A DNA stretch of 64,000 bases, taken from NCBI GenBank assembly GCA_937941245.1, contig CALDYC010000023.1:3643-67642 (forward strand). The letters run 5' to 3'. Position 1 is the first letter of the stretch. Each line of letters opens with the position of its first letter. Shown piece after piece: positions 1 through 9,358 of the stretch. The notes beneath the pieces are model-generated. The model made no database searches, was not told the DNA's origin, and saw only the letters and a program-made list of their open reading frames with translations. A program made the position numbers and the translations under genes. The stretch comes from an uncultured Acidimicrobiales bacterium (GTDB lineage Bacteria > Actinomycetota > Acidimicrobiia > Acidimicrobiales > UBA10347).

Positions 1-1061
1 CACGTGGCGACGACCGCGCCAAAGGTCCCCGCCTGAAGAGCGCTCAACGATCCTGGCTCTCGGTACGGACCCATGAAGCCAACAAACTGCACGACCTGGA
101 TGAGCGGACCGGGAGTGGTCTCGGCCATACCCAGCCCACTGATCATCTCGCCCGGTTCCAGCCACCCAAAGGTGTTGACCGCTTCTTGAGAGATGTAGGC
201 GAGCACCGAGTAGGCACCCCCAAAGGTGAGAACGGCAGCGCTCGAAAAGAAGAGGGCAACGTCGACAAAGACCGAAGACCGGCCTAGTGCCACCATCAAG
301 ATCACGACCGGGCCGAACCACAACAAGACCCCCGTCGACAGCACGCGAACGGCCCGCTTGGCTGACGGCTGGCCAAGCGAAATGTGCTGATCGCCCACCA
401 GGACATCGGTGTCGTCAGTTGCCTGGGCTTCGTCGTGGCCCCGAATGAGGTTGAACGTTTCCGGATGGGTTCTGGCACCGATGAGCCCGATCACGATCGC
501 CGCTCCGACGATCAACGGGAACGGCAGCTCGAACACGAAGACGCCGAAGAATGACGCAACCGCAACCGCCAACATCACGGGGTTCTGCACAACCCGACGC
601 CCAATGCGCAGCACCGCGCTGGCGACGATGGCGATGACCGCCGCCGAAATGCCGAAGAACAGTCCCGACACCCAGGTCAAATCGCCATATGCGGCGAAGA
701 GAATGCTGAGCGCCATGATCGACACGAAGCCGGGCAGGATGAACAACGCTCCGGCAAAGATCCCGCCTGTTGGGCCGCGAAGCAGCCAGCCAAGGTAGGT
801 CGCGAGCTGTTGTGCCTCGGGCCCGGGCAAGAGCATGCAGTAGTTCAGGGCATGTAAAAATCGTCGTTCGCCGACCCAACGGCGGCGCACCACGATCTCT
901 TCGTGCATGACCGCGATCTGCCCCGCTGGACCGCCGAAGCTGTTCGCCGCCACCGTCGACCAGGCGGCAACCCAGTCTTTGCGATCAATCTGGTCTCCGG
1001 GATAGCCCTGAGACCCACGGCCGACGCCCGGGTCCTCGGAATGTAACCGTGGTTGCGTCAT
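1..1061 (-). CDS. chrA: Chromate transporter ChrA. The start codon is at 1059-1061 and the gene runs off the window start, so the C-terminus is missing.
   Basis: The minus-strand translation begins MTQPRLHSEDPG and carries the ChrA signature FLHALNYCMLLPGPEAQQLATYLGWLL. It is hydrophobic throughout. The ORF track missed it only because its stop lies outside the window. Confidence 0.85.
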   Translation of the reverse strand, partial: MTQPRLHSEDPGVGRGSQGYPGDQIDRKDWVAAWSTVAANSFGGPAGQIAVMHEEIVVRRRWVGERRFLHALNYCMLLPGPEAQQLATYLGWLLRGPTGGIFAGALFILPGFVSIMALSILFAAYGDLTWVSGLFFGISAAVIAIVASAVLRIGRRVVQNPVMLAVAVASFFGVFVFELPFPLIVGAAIVIGLIGARTHPETFNLIRGHDEAQATDDTDVLVGDQHISLGQPSAKRAVRVLSTGVLLWFGPVVILMVALGRSSVFVDVALFFSSAAVLTFGGAYSVLAYISQEAVNTFGWLEPGEMISGLGMAETTPGPLIQVVQFVGFMGPYREPGSLSALQAGTFGAVVAT

Positions 1062-1087
1062 TGCCAGCCAATGCTAAGGTGGTAACC

Positions 1088-1576
1088 ATGGTTACACAAC
1101 CAGAACAATCGTGGGTGTTGCTGAATTACCGGATTCCTCGCGAGCCGTCGACACCGCGCATTGCGATATGGCGCAAACTCAACGACCTGGGCGTCGCCAA
1201 ACTCGGCGATGGGCTCGTTGCACTGCCGAACGACAGCCGCACACGGGAACACTTCGAGTGGATCGCCAATCAAGTCGGCGAAGCGGACGGTGACGCCACC
1301 GTGTGGATTGCGTCACCGTCAGCACGCCGCACCAGCAGCGAGCTGGCCGCAACCATGCGCCTGGCCCGCACCGAAGAGTACGACCAGCTGCGAACCGAAG
1401 CCGAGTCCACCACCAATGCTGGCTCGCGCACCATTACGCGTTGGCGGCGCGAGCTTCGCAGAATCGATCGCCGTGACTACTTCCGCTCACCCGGGCGCAG
1501 CCAGGCCAGGCAGGCAATCGACGCCCACGTCGCCGCAGAGAACGATGACTCTGCAATCGACGCGCTGACCCCATGA
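1088..1576 (+). CDS. chrB: Chromate resistance protein ChrB, N-terminal-domain half of a split chrB
   Basis: MVTQPEQSWVLLNYRIPREPSTPRIAIWRKLNDLGV matches the ChrB N-terminal domain. The ATG at 1088 lies inside the longer GTG-started ORF 1049..1576. The gene is divergent from chrA. Confidence 0.7.
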   Translation: MVTQPEQSWVLLNYRIPREPSTPRIAIWRKLNDLGVAKLGDGLVALPNDSRTREHFEWIANQVGEADGDATVWIASPSARRTSSELAATMRLARTEEYDQLRTEAESTTNAGSRTITRWRRELRRIDRRDYFRSPGRSQARQAIDAHVAAENDDSAIDALTP

Positions 1577-1998
1577 AGTGGGCGACACGGCGAAATATTC
1601 ACGTCGATCGTGCGGCATCAGCGTGGCTCATCGCGACGTACGTCGACCCCCAGGCCCAGTTCGTTTACGTCGACGACCTTGACGATGTCCCTGACGATGC
1701 CACAGCGTTCGACATGGTCGGGTGCGATCTGACCCACCAACGAGACGACGTCACCTTCGAGACCATCCTGCGCACCTACGACCTGCTCGACCCAGTGCTG
1801 TGGCGGATCGCTGAGATCGTGCACCAGGCCGACGTCGAAGACGACCGTTTCGACGCACCCGAAGCCGCTGGTCTCGACACCATCATCCGCTCACTCGGCC
1901 TTGACCATGACGACGAGGACGTCCGCAAGCTCACCGCCACGATCCTCACCAGCCTGGAACGCTTCCTGCGACGAGAGACCCTCGGGGTCATCGACTAA
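1573..1998 (+). CDS. ChrB C-terminal-domain protein, the second half of the split chrB, overlapping the upstream gene by ATGA
   Basis: MKWATRRNIHVDRAASAWLIATYVDP matches the ChrB C-terminal domain. Its start overlaps the stop of the upstream gene by 4 nt. Confidence 0.65.
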   Translation: MKWATRRNIHVDRAASAWLIATYVDPQAQFVYVDDLDDVPDDATAFDMVGCDLTHQRDDVTFETILRTYDLLDPVLWRIAEIVHQADVEDDRFDAPEAAGLDTIIRSLGLDHDDEDVRKLTATILTSLERFLRRETLGVID

Positions 1999-2010
1999 GC
2001 AACGCGGTGC

Positions 2011-2029
2011 GCCCGCCCATTGCGCGGGC
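2011..2029 (+). terminator. GC-rich hairpin directly after the chrB2 stop; a possible intrinsic terminator without a U-tract
   Basis: The sequence gcccgc-ccattgc-gcgggc forms a 6-bp stem with a 7-nt loop immediately downstream of the TAA at 1996-1998. Confidence 0.3.
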
Positions 2030-2326
2030 TGAGACAGCAAGCCGTCAGCGCGTGAGTCGGCGGACCCGTCGAGCACGTCCACGTCCGAGCACTCGCCGAC
2101 CAAGTCGTAGTGCCGCACCCGCAACCACGAGCATTTCACCGGCTGACGGGGTTTCGCCGCGCGAAACGTTCGTCAAACCAGATCGGTGCAGCGTTTCGTC
2201 GTCGATCAGTCCTTTTCGCTGCGCAAACCGCACCAGAAATCCGCCAACCATCGCAAGGTCAGCGACACGACCAATAACAGACGTTCGACGAAACAGGCGC
2301 CGGGCGAGAAAACGCATGCCCTGAAC

Positions 2327-3106
2327 CTAGCGACCGTCGAGACGCAGTGCGCTCACTTCCAAACACGACCGCTCACCCCAACGCGAACAGACCTCGCCGA
2401 GCTCGTCCATCGTCGCCTGGTAGATCGCCAGTTCGTCGTTGGTGCAGTGATACTGCGTGTCCCCCAGACCGCCGTCGGCGTTGCGACTACCAGCGTCAAC
2501 CGAGGCACATTCGGCCCATGCTTCGCTGCCGAGCCCGCCGCGCCGTTCACCCGCTGCCGAGTCGGGGCCCCATGCCGCGAAATCGATCAGATGACCAATC
2601 TCGTGATCAACAACTGAACGCAGGTCGTCAGGATCCCAGCCACGATGGTCAACAGTAATGAGACCAGTAGCTGGGTTGTTACTCACAAAACCACCGACAC
2701 CGGGAGTGCCGATCGGGCGAACAAGCATGTCGGTGACCAACTCGGCATATGCCGACTCGTCAACGACCGACTCCGCGTATTCGCGGATCTCAAACGGATC
2801 CGAGATGTTGTCGAGGCGATCGATCAACGTTCCCCACGGAATAAGCGCTCCGGTGGCGACCATTCCGAGCACGGCCAACCCAGCGAACACGCGAGCGAAC
2901 TTGCGGTACCACGGCGTCGGCCGGTTCTCGGTGTCGTATGGCTCGTCGAATGCCGCCCAGAACTCTTCATCTTGCCAAGACTCGCCCGCCCGAGATTCGG
3001 TCATGTGCGATTGCGTGATGTGCGATTGGGTGACGTGCGATTGCGTGACGTGCGATTGGGTAGTGTGCGGATCGTCATACATGGGGTGGCCATCGAGTGT
3101 GTTCAA
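2327..3106 (-). CDS. Membrane-anchored zinc metallopeptidase (HExxH) with an N-terminal pentapeptide repeat
   Basis: It carries the HEIGHLIDF zincin motif and one predicted TM helix (FAGLAVLGMVATGALIPW). The N-terminal HVTQSHVTQSHITQSHMTES tract is encoded by a 15-bp tandem repeat at 3003..3070. Start codon choice is uncertain. Confidence 0.6.
   Translation of the reverse strand: MNTLDGHPMYDDPHTTQSHVTQSHVTQSHITQSHMTESRAGESWQDEEFWAAFDEPYDTENRPTPWYRKFARVFAGLAVLGMVATGALIPWGTLIDRLDNISDPFEIREYAESVVDESAYAELVTDMLVRPIGTPGVGGFVSNNPATGLITVDHRGWDPDDLRSVVDHEIGHLIDFAAWGPDSAAGERRGGLGSEAWAECASVDAGSRNADGGLGDTQYHCTNDELAIYQATMDELGEVCSRWGERSCLEVSALRLDGR
3003..3070. repeat. 15-bp in-frame tandem repeat, about 4.5 copies of a(t/c)gtgcgattg(c/g)gtg, encoding the (T/H)QSHV repeats of the metallopeptidase
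   Basis: Direct reading of the sequence. Confidence 0.9.
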
Positions 3107-3188
3107 GATCTACTACAACCCTGCAAAGTGGCGTGAGATTCCACACCGGACCGCTGTCACATCAGCCGATGCTTCCCAAGTCTCACCG

Positions 3189-3947
3189 TCAGAAGATGGT
3201 GTACCCGCCGTCAACACAGACTTCCTGACCGGTGTGGTAGGTCTGGGACGGGTCCGCAAGAAATGCGCCAACTTGTCGGAACTCAGACGGGTCTGCCCAT
3301 CGACGCACCGGGGTCCGACGCAATGTTGCATCACGAAACCTGTCGTTCTCGTAGGCCCCTGCGGCCAGATCGGTGATCGTCCAGCCCGGAAGCACCGAGT
3401 TCACTCGTATCTGGTGGCGGGCCATACCGACTGCTAACGCGCGCACAAATCCGTTTACTGCGGTCTTCGCTGTGCCGTAGGCCTCGTTACCCGCTGCGCC
3501 GTGGATCGCCGACGTCGACGACACCGCAACCAGGCTTCCTCCCTCACCTTGGTCGATGAGCACCTTGGCAGCCTCTCGCATGGTCAGAAATACCGCGTCG
3601 AGGTTGACGGCCATGACCTCTCGCCACTGGTCCAGCGTGAGGTCAACAATCGACACGCCATGGCCACCTCTTCCAGCGTTTGCGAACAGCCCATCGAGTC
3701 GTCCGAAATCTGCGACCGATGCCGCCATCGTTTCGACCACCTGCGATTCGTCAGCGACGTCGCAGACATGCGCGGTTGCCGATGCACCCATGGCGTGCAA
3801 CGTGTCGAGCGCTGCTTGATTCTTGGCCTGATTGCGACCCCAGATCACGATCGAACCGCCGGCCATGGCTATGCCCTCAGCCATGCCCAAACCAATGCCA
3901 CCGTTGCCTCCGGTGACGATGAAACTGCGGCCTGAGAGATCAATCAT
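3189..3947 (-). CDS. SDR-family oxidoreductase (short-chain dehydrogenase)
   Basis: MIDLSGRSFIVTGGNGGIGLG is a Rossmann TGxxxGIG motif, followed later by a YxxxK-type core. I placed the start at the internal Met (3945-3947) rather than the ORF-track start. It is paralogous to the SDR at 36138. Confidence 0.85.
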   Translation of the reverse strand: MIDLSGRSFIVTGGNGGIGLGMAEGIAMAGGSIVIWGRNQAKNQAALDTLHAMGASATAHVCDVADESQVVETMAASVADFGRLDGLFANAGRGGHGVSIVDLTLDQWREVMAVNLDAVFLTMREAAKVLIDQGEGGSLVAVSSTSAIHGAAGNEAYGTAKTAVNGFVRALAVGMARHQIRVNSVLPGWTITDLAAGAYENDRFRDATLRRTPVRRWADPSEFRQVGAFLADPSQTYHTGQEVCVDGGYTIF

Positions 3948-3998
3948 GCGACAACGATGCGCCGACAAGCGGCACCAGCGCAACTCGGCGACAATGCT

Positions 3999-5360
3999 TC
4001 AGGTACCTCGACGCACTGCCAACGCAGCAATCAAGCTGATGACCGCTGCTGTTGCGCCGACAAAATACGTACTCACAAACTGGCCCACCGTTGCGTTGTC
4101 ACCAACCAACACATTCATCGTCTGGACCCCGGCGACGATGCCGATGAACGCCACCTGCTGATTCATGCCATTGGCAAGCCCGACATCAGCCGGATCAACC
4201 GAGTCCACGGTCAGAGCGATCGCCGCAGGCTGGGACACTCCTGCCGCAAACCCGGTCAGCACCAAGCCGGCCACGATCCAGGCGATCCCGGGCGGACCCG
4301 TCAGCGGTGACGCAGCCGCAAAGGACAACATGGCCAGAATCATTGCAACGGCACCGATGGCCATCGGAAGCCGCATGCCGATTCGCTGGGGCAACCACCC
4401 GCCGAGCGGTGACGACAAGCTGAATGTCCCCGGCCGCGGCAGCATAAGCAACGCAATGGCACCAACGGTCCATCCGTACCGGTCCTCGAGCAGCGGTGCG
4501 GTGATAACAAACCCACCCATGTACGCAAACTGCATGGCGGCACCAGACACCATCGGCAAAGTGAAATTGCGTCGAGCAAAATAGTCGAGACGCAACATCG
4601 GGGCACTCGAACGACGTTCGATTCTGATGAACAGTGCAATGGCCACAACGGTGACGACGACTCCCGCGATCACTGGCACGTCGACAAGCGTTCGATCAGC
4701 TTCACGGGCGTTGGTGGCGAATTGGGTGAGGGTGAGCAGCCCGACGAGAACTGCTGCGCCAAGCGACGCCGCGCCCGGCAGGTCAAGTCGGCGACCTGCC
4801 TGATGCGGGGTTGATCGAACGCTTCGCAGTGCGCCTGCAAACGCGAGTGCGCTGACCGCTGCGAACACAAAGAACACCGAGCGCCACCCGAAGGCATCGA
4901 ACAACGGGCCGCCAGCCAAGATCCCAATCGTTGGCGCACCGGTTGCTGCGAACTGAAACCAACCAACCGCTGTTGCCCGACGCTCTGACCCGTACGCGTG
5001 CATCATCAACGCCAGCGCATTCGGGTTGACGCATGCAGCGAAGCAGCCGAACAGCACCCGAAAGCCGATCAACGATGCGGCATTCCACGCCAGGCCGCAC
5101 ATCACAATCGTCACGGTCCCGCCCGCAAGCCCAATGACGAGCAGCCGGCGATGGCCATACAGATCGCCGAGTGTCCCCGCGATGGGCGTGAGCACCGCCA
5201 TGGTCAACATGAGCCCCGTGATTGCCCAGGTCATCGTTGCCCGAGAGCTACCAAGGTCGTCAGCGATATCGCCCAGCGACACCGTTACGAGTGTCATCAA
5301 CGAGCCGAACGCCGTAACGGCAAGGAACAACAATGCAAGGAGCACGCGTTGATACGACAC
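3999..5360 (-). CDS. MFS transporter (DHA-type drug:H+ antiporter family)
   Basis: It encodes 453 aa that are hydrophobic throughout with multiple predicted TM segments and MFS-like loops (GDLYGHRR). Confidence 0.8.
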   Translation of the reverse strand: MSYQRVLLALLFLAVTAFGSLMTLVTVSLGDIADDLGSSRATMTWAITGLMLTMAVLTPIAGTLGDLYGHRRLLVIGLAGGTVTIVMCGLAWNAASLIGFRVLFGCFAACVNPNALALMMHAYGSERRATAVGWFQFAATGAPTIGILAGGPLFDAFGWRSVFFVFAAVSALAFAGALRSVRSTPHQAGRRLDLPGAASLGAAVLVGLLTLTQFATNAREADRTLVDVPVIAGVVVTVVAIALFIRIERRSSAPMLRLDYFARRNFTLPMVSGAAMQFAYMGGFVITAPLLEDRYGWTVGAIALLMLPRPGTFSLSSPLGGWLPQRIGMRLPMAIGAVAMILAMLSFAAASPLTGPPGIAWIVAGLVLTGFAAGVSQPAAIALTVDSVDPADVGLANGMNQQVAFIGIVAGVQTMNVLVGDNATVGQFVSTYFVGATAAVISLIAALAVRRGT

Positions 5361-5473
5361 ATCGGCGGCGTAATCCGCCGGTATCGAGACGCTGGCTGCG
5401 TCAGCAGTAGGTGTGACGGGCTGAAGCTACCGACCGCACCCATGCGACATGAAGTCCAGTTCTGTGGAACCCG

Positions 5474-6217
5474 TCACTTCCAGGCGAAAACCGGCTGTTC
5501 GAGTTCATCGACTCGCACCTCGCGACCCTCGACCGCGACCGCTCGGAACTGGTACATGATGGCCCCCGTCGGGGCATGGATCAGATCGCCACCGACGGGA
5601 ATCTGCACGACCGGACGATCACTCTCAGGGATCGTCACAAATCGGGGCGAGTCCGGCTGGCGAAGCACGTGCAACCCGATCCGGTGGATCGATGCGACCT
5701 CACCGGGGTTCGCTACCGGTTCGCGATCAGCAGGCGCCCAAAACACAAACGGCGAGATCACATACCCAGACCGCGTCGGATAGTCGTCAAGGCGACCGAG
5801 CAAATGCTCCTCGCCGAGCGGCAGTCCGACCTCTTCATCGGCTTCGCGCATTGCCGCTTGCAGTGCCGTTTCGCCGTCATCGATGCGGCCCCCTGGGAAC
5901 GCCCATTGCTTGGCGTGCGCGGACAAGCCCGCCCCGCGACGAGTCAGCAGTATCGAAGCTCCGCCGGCAGTGCCGTCAACCCGACCGGTGAGCTCGGCGA
6001 TGTCAGCTCCCGGAATACCCGACAGATCGTGCATGCGGTCGATCTCGGTCGAATCCTCGCCGTGTAGATCTGGGTCACTGTCGACCACGATCACCGCAAT
6101 CGCGGCGTGCCTACGTCCGGCAGTGTCGTGAAGGCGAACGTCATGCGCCGCGAGGTTCGACGCAAGTTCGGACCGCAGCTGATCATCGAACTCGACGAAC
6201 TCTCCCCCACCGGCCAT
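5474..6217 (-). CDS. NUDIX hydrolase (CoA-pyrophosphatase-like)
   Basis: The Nudix box is GGRIDDGETALQAAMREADEEVGL. I placed the start at MAGGGEF, with the start codon at 6215-6217. Confidence 0.75.
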   Translation of the reverse strand: MAGGGEFVEFDDQLRSELASNLAAHDVRLHDTAGRRHAAIAVIVVDSDPDLHGEDSTEIDRMHDLSGIPGADIAELTGRVDGTAGGASILLTRRGAGLSAHAKQWAFPGGRIDDGETALQAAMREADEEVGLPLGEEHLLGRLDDYPTRSGYVISPFVFWAPADREPVANPGEVASIHRIGLHVLRQPDSPRFVTIPESDRPVVQIPVGGDLIHAPTGAIMYQFRAVAVEGREVRVDELEQPVFAWK

Positions 6218-6354
6218 GGTCGTCGACCGTAGGCGATGCGACGAGCACGGCACGCCTCGGACCGAGGTCGCCGCATTCGCCCGGGCGACTGGCGGTGCCC
6301 TACATTCACCTCGATACCGCCGGGGCAGCTGGCTCGGGCACCGACAGGAGAGCC

Positions 6355-7230
6355 ATGGCTGACAATCCGACCTACGAGACCCTGCTGTATGAGGTTGAGG
6401 GCGGGGTGCTCACGGTCACGCTCAACCGGCCCGACAAACTCAATGCATTCAACCTCGTCATGCGCGACGAACTGATCGATGCAATTGACCACGCCGATGC
6501 TGATGACACAGTGCGGGCAATCATCTTCACCGGCGCGGGGCGGGCCTACTGCGCTGGAGCCGACCTGAGCGGTGGCGGCAAGACCTTCGACCGTGATGTC
6601 AACGCCGACGGTGCGGTCGTGAACAAGATCCACCGCGATGGCGGCGGACTAGTCAGCCTGCGTCTGTACGAGTGCCTTAAGCCGACAATCGCCGCGGTCA
6701 ATGGCGCTGCAGTCGGCGTCGGGGTCACGTCCATGCTTCCAATGGACATTCGAATCGCGGGCGAATCTGCTCGCTTCGGTTTCGTATTTGGGCGTCGCGG
6801 GATCGTTCCCGAAGCATGCTCGTCGTGGTTCCTGCCTCGGGTGGTGGGCATTAGCCGCGCCGCCGAGTGGTGCTACTCGGGCAAGGTGTTCGACGCCGCC
6901 GAAGCACTCGACGGCGGGCTCGTGCGTTCGGTCGTCCCCGACGACCAACTCATGTCGACATGCCGAGCGATCGCCGATGACATCGCGCAGAACACCAGCG
7001 CAGTTTCGATCACGTTGACCCGACACATGTTGTGGCGCATGCTCGGCGCCAATCATCCAATGGAGGCCCACAAGATCGATTCGCGTGGGGTGCAGTACAT
7101 GGGCGCGTCGGCCGATGCCCGTGAAGGCGTCGAGTCCTTTCTCGAGAAACGCGCGCCGGCGTACACCCTGCAGACATCAACTGACATGCCCGACTACTTC
7201 CCGTGGTGGGAAGACCCCGAGTTCAGCTGA
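6355..7230 (+). CDS. Enoyl-CoA hydratase/isomerase (crotonase) family protein
   Basis: MADNPTYETLLYEVEGGVLTVTLNRPDKLNAF ... FTGAGRAYCAGADL is a crotonase signature. An RBS (acaggagag) lies upstream of the ATG at 6355. Confidence 0.85.
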   Translation: MADNPTYETLLYEVEGGVLTVTLNRPDKLNAFNLVMRDELIDAIDHADADDTVRAIIFTGAGRAYCAGADLSGGGKTFDRDVNADGAVVNKIHRDGGGLVSLRLYECLKPTIAAVNGAAVGVGVTSMLPMDIRIAGESARFGFVFGRRGIVPEACSSWFLPRVVGISRAAEWCYSGKVFDAAEALDGGLVRSVVPDDQLMSTCRAIADDIAQNTSAVSITLTRHMLWRMLGANHPMEAHKIDSRGVQYMGASADAREGVESFLEKRAPAYTLQTSTDMPDYFPWWEDPEFS

Positions 7231-7263
7231 GTGCGCCATTCGGTTCTGGGCGTCGAAACCCAG

Positions 7264-8337
7264 TCAGCCGAGACGGTTGGACCTAGCTGATTCACCTGTT
7301 GGGAAAAAGACATTGGCGGTTTCCCAAAGCTGCGGATCGACGTGTTTGAGCTGACCAACTGCGTCGGCGAGCGGCACTGCATCGATGTGGTTCGAGTTGA
7401 TCGCGACCATGTGACCAAACTTGCCCTCGTGGACTGCATCGACGGCCGCGACACCGAACCGCGAGCACAGCACACGATCAAATGCCGTAGGCGTTCCACC
7501 GCGTTGGGTGTGCCCAAGGATCGTCACACGCGTTTCGAATCCGGTGCGGTTCTCAATCTCGTGAGCAATCACGTGCGATATACCCCCAAGGCGTTGATGG
7601 CCGAAGCGATCGACATCGGGTTCTGGCACCGCGATTGTTCCGGGCATAGGTAGCGCCCCTTCGGCTACGACAACGATCGACGCGTACTTTCCAGCGGCGT
7701 GACGCCTGGTGAGCGCCTCGCACACCGTGGCGATGTCGAAGGGCTCCTCTGGGATGAGCGTCATCGTTGCACCGCCGGCCAACCCAGACCACGCGGCGAT
7801 GTGGCCGACGTGGCGGCCCATTACCTCAACGACGATGATGCGGTCGTGTGACTCGGCGGTGGTGTGCAGCCGGTCGATCGCTTCGGTCGCAATCGCAACC
7901 GCGGTGTCGAATCCAAATGTCCGCTCGGTGCCACTGATGTCGTTGTCGATCGTCTTGGGCACGCCAACAACGTTGGCGTGTCCCTCATCGTTGATCCGTT
8001 TTGCACACGACAAGGTGCCTTCGCCGCCAATCACGATGAGCGCATCGAGCTGACGATCAGCCATCGTTTCGGCAACACGAGCCGGGCCGTCGTCGCTCAT
8101 ATACGGGTGGTCGCGGCTGGTACCCAGGATCGTCCCGCCCCGCGGAAGGCTCCCTCGAAGTCGTTGCACCGATAGTTGCTCGCCGCGGTTTTCGATGACA
8201 CCGCGCCAGCCGTCGTGAAATCCAAAGACTTCGCCGCCGAAGTCTCGAAGCTCACGGCGAACAACCGCACGGATCACTGCGTTCAGCCCCGGGCAGTCGC
8301 CGCCGCCGGTCAGGACACCGATCCCCATGCCGCCCAT
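7264..8337 (-). CDS. pfkA: 6-phosphofructokinase (ATP- or PPi-dependent PFK family)
   Basis: MGGMGIGVLTGGGDCPGLNAVIRAVV, GGEGT and TIDNDI are PFK family motifs. The start overlaps the gap stop as ATGA at 8335-8339. Confidence 0.85.
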   Translation of the reverse strand: MGGMGIGVLTGGGDCPGLNAVIRAVVRRELRDFGGEVFGFHDGWRGVIENRGEQLSVQRLRGSLPRGGTILGTSRDHPYMSDDGPARVAETMADRQLDALIVIGGEGTLSCAKRINDEGHANVVGVPKTIDNDISGTERTFGFDTAVAIATEAIDRLHTTAESHDRIIVVEVMGRHVGHIAAWSGLAGGATMTLIPEEPFDIATVCEALTRRHAAGKYASIVVVAEGALPMPGTIAVPEPDVDRFGHQRLGGISHVIAHEIENRTGFETRVTILGHTQRGGTPTAFDRVLCSRFGVAAVDAVHEGKFGHMVAINSNHIDAVPLADAVGQLKHVDPQLWETANVFFPTGESARSNRLG

Positions 8338-9344
8338 CAGACGGCCCGGTTGGTGACCTCGACGAGGTCCACGAGACGGTTCGCGTAGCCCCACTCGTTG
8401 TCGTACCAGCCAGCGATCTTGACCGTGTTACCAATCGTGATCGTGAGACCCGAATCGAATGTGCACGAGGCTGGGGAACCAACGATGTCTGCCGAGACCA
8501 GCGGGGCATCGGTATAGGCGAGCACCTCGCTGAGCGGGCCGCTTTGCGAAGCCGCCAGGAACGCCGCATTGACTTCTTCGGCCGTTGGGGTGGCACGCAC
8601 CTGCGCAACGAGGTCGGTGATCGACCCGTTCGGGATCGGCACACGCATGGCGAGTCCGTCGAGCTTGCCTGCTAGGTGTGGAAGGACCAGTCCGATCGCA
8701 CGAGCTGCGCCTGTCGATGTCGGGACCACGTTTGCTGCAGCGGCTCGAGCCCGACGAAGGTCGCCGTGTGGGCCATCGACGATGTTCTGGTCGCCGGTGT
8801 AGGCATGCACCGTTGAGATCACGCCCGACTCGACTCCGAACGCATCGTCGAGCACCTTGACCATTGGGGCCAGGCAGTTCGTGGTGCACGAAGCGTTCGA
8901 GATCACCTGCTGGGTTTGGCTGTCGAAGTCTGCATCGTTCACGCCGACGACGAAGGTTGCGTCGCAGTCACCCGATGGCGCAGAAATGATGACTCGCTTG
9001 GCGCCGGCTTCGAGATGTTTCGCCGCACCCTCACGCTTGGTGAACACACCCGTGGATTCGATGACCACATCGACGTTGAGGTCAGCCCATGGCAGCGCCG
9101 CTGGGTCCCGCTCGCTGAACACAGCGATGTCATCGCCGGCCAAGGCAAGCCCCGATGCGGTGCGTTCGATCTCCCATTCGGGCGAGCCGTGCACGGTGTC
9201 GTAGCGAAGCAGGTGAGCGAGCGTGTCGAGGTCGCCCAGGTCGTTGATCGCAACAATGTCTGCGTCGACGCCACGGTCGATGACCGATCGAACAAAGTTG
9301 CGGCCGATGCGACCAAATCCGTTGATGGCGATTCGAGTTGTCAT
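8337..9344 (-). CDS. gap: Glyceraldehyde-3-phosphate dehydrogenase, type I
   Basis: MTTRIAINGFGRIGRNFVR and ASCTTNCLAP contain the GAPDH active-site Cys motif. Confidence 0.95.
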   Translation of the reverse strand: MTTRIAINGFGRIGRNFVRSVIDRGVDADIVAINDLGDLDTLAHLLRYDTVHGSPEWEIERTASGLALAGDDIAVFSERDPAALPWADLNVDVVIESTGVFTKREGAAKHLEAGAKRVIISAPSGDCDATFVVGVNDADFDSQTQQVISNASCTTNCLAPMVKVLDDAFGVESGVISTVHAYTGDQNIVDGPHGDLRRARAAAANVVPTSTGAARAIGLVLPHLAGKLDGLAMRVPIPNGSITDLVAQVRATPTAEEVNAAFLAASQSGPLSEVLAYTDAPLVSADIVGSPASCTFDSGLTITIGNTVKIAGWYDNEWGYANRLVDLVEVTNRAV

Positions 9345-9358
9345 GTCTTCTCCGTTTG

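Noticed and set aside
409-879. ORFs 409..798 (+) and 415..879 (-) from the six-frame track
   Set aside because: Both lie inside or antisense to the chrA coding region, whose translation is unmistakably ChrA. Their translations are Arg/Pro-rich, which is typical of out-of-frame reading in high-GC DNA.
2045-2317. 90-aa minus-strand ORF in the 330-bp gap between chrB2 and the metallopeptidase gene
   Set aside because: Third-codon positions are A/T-rich, unlike the neighbouring genes, and it has no motif or RBS. It is probably a non-coding intergenic region.
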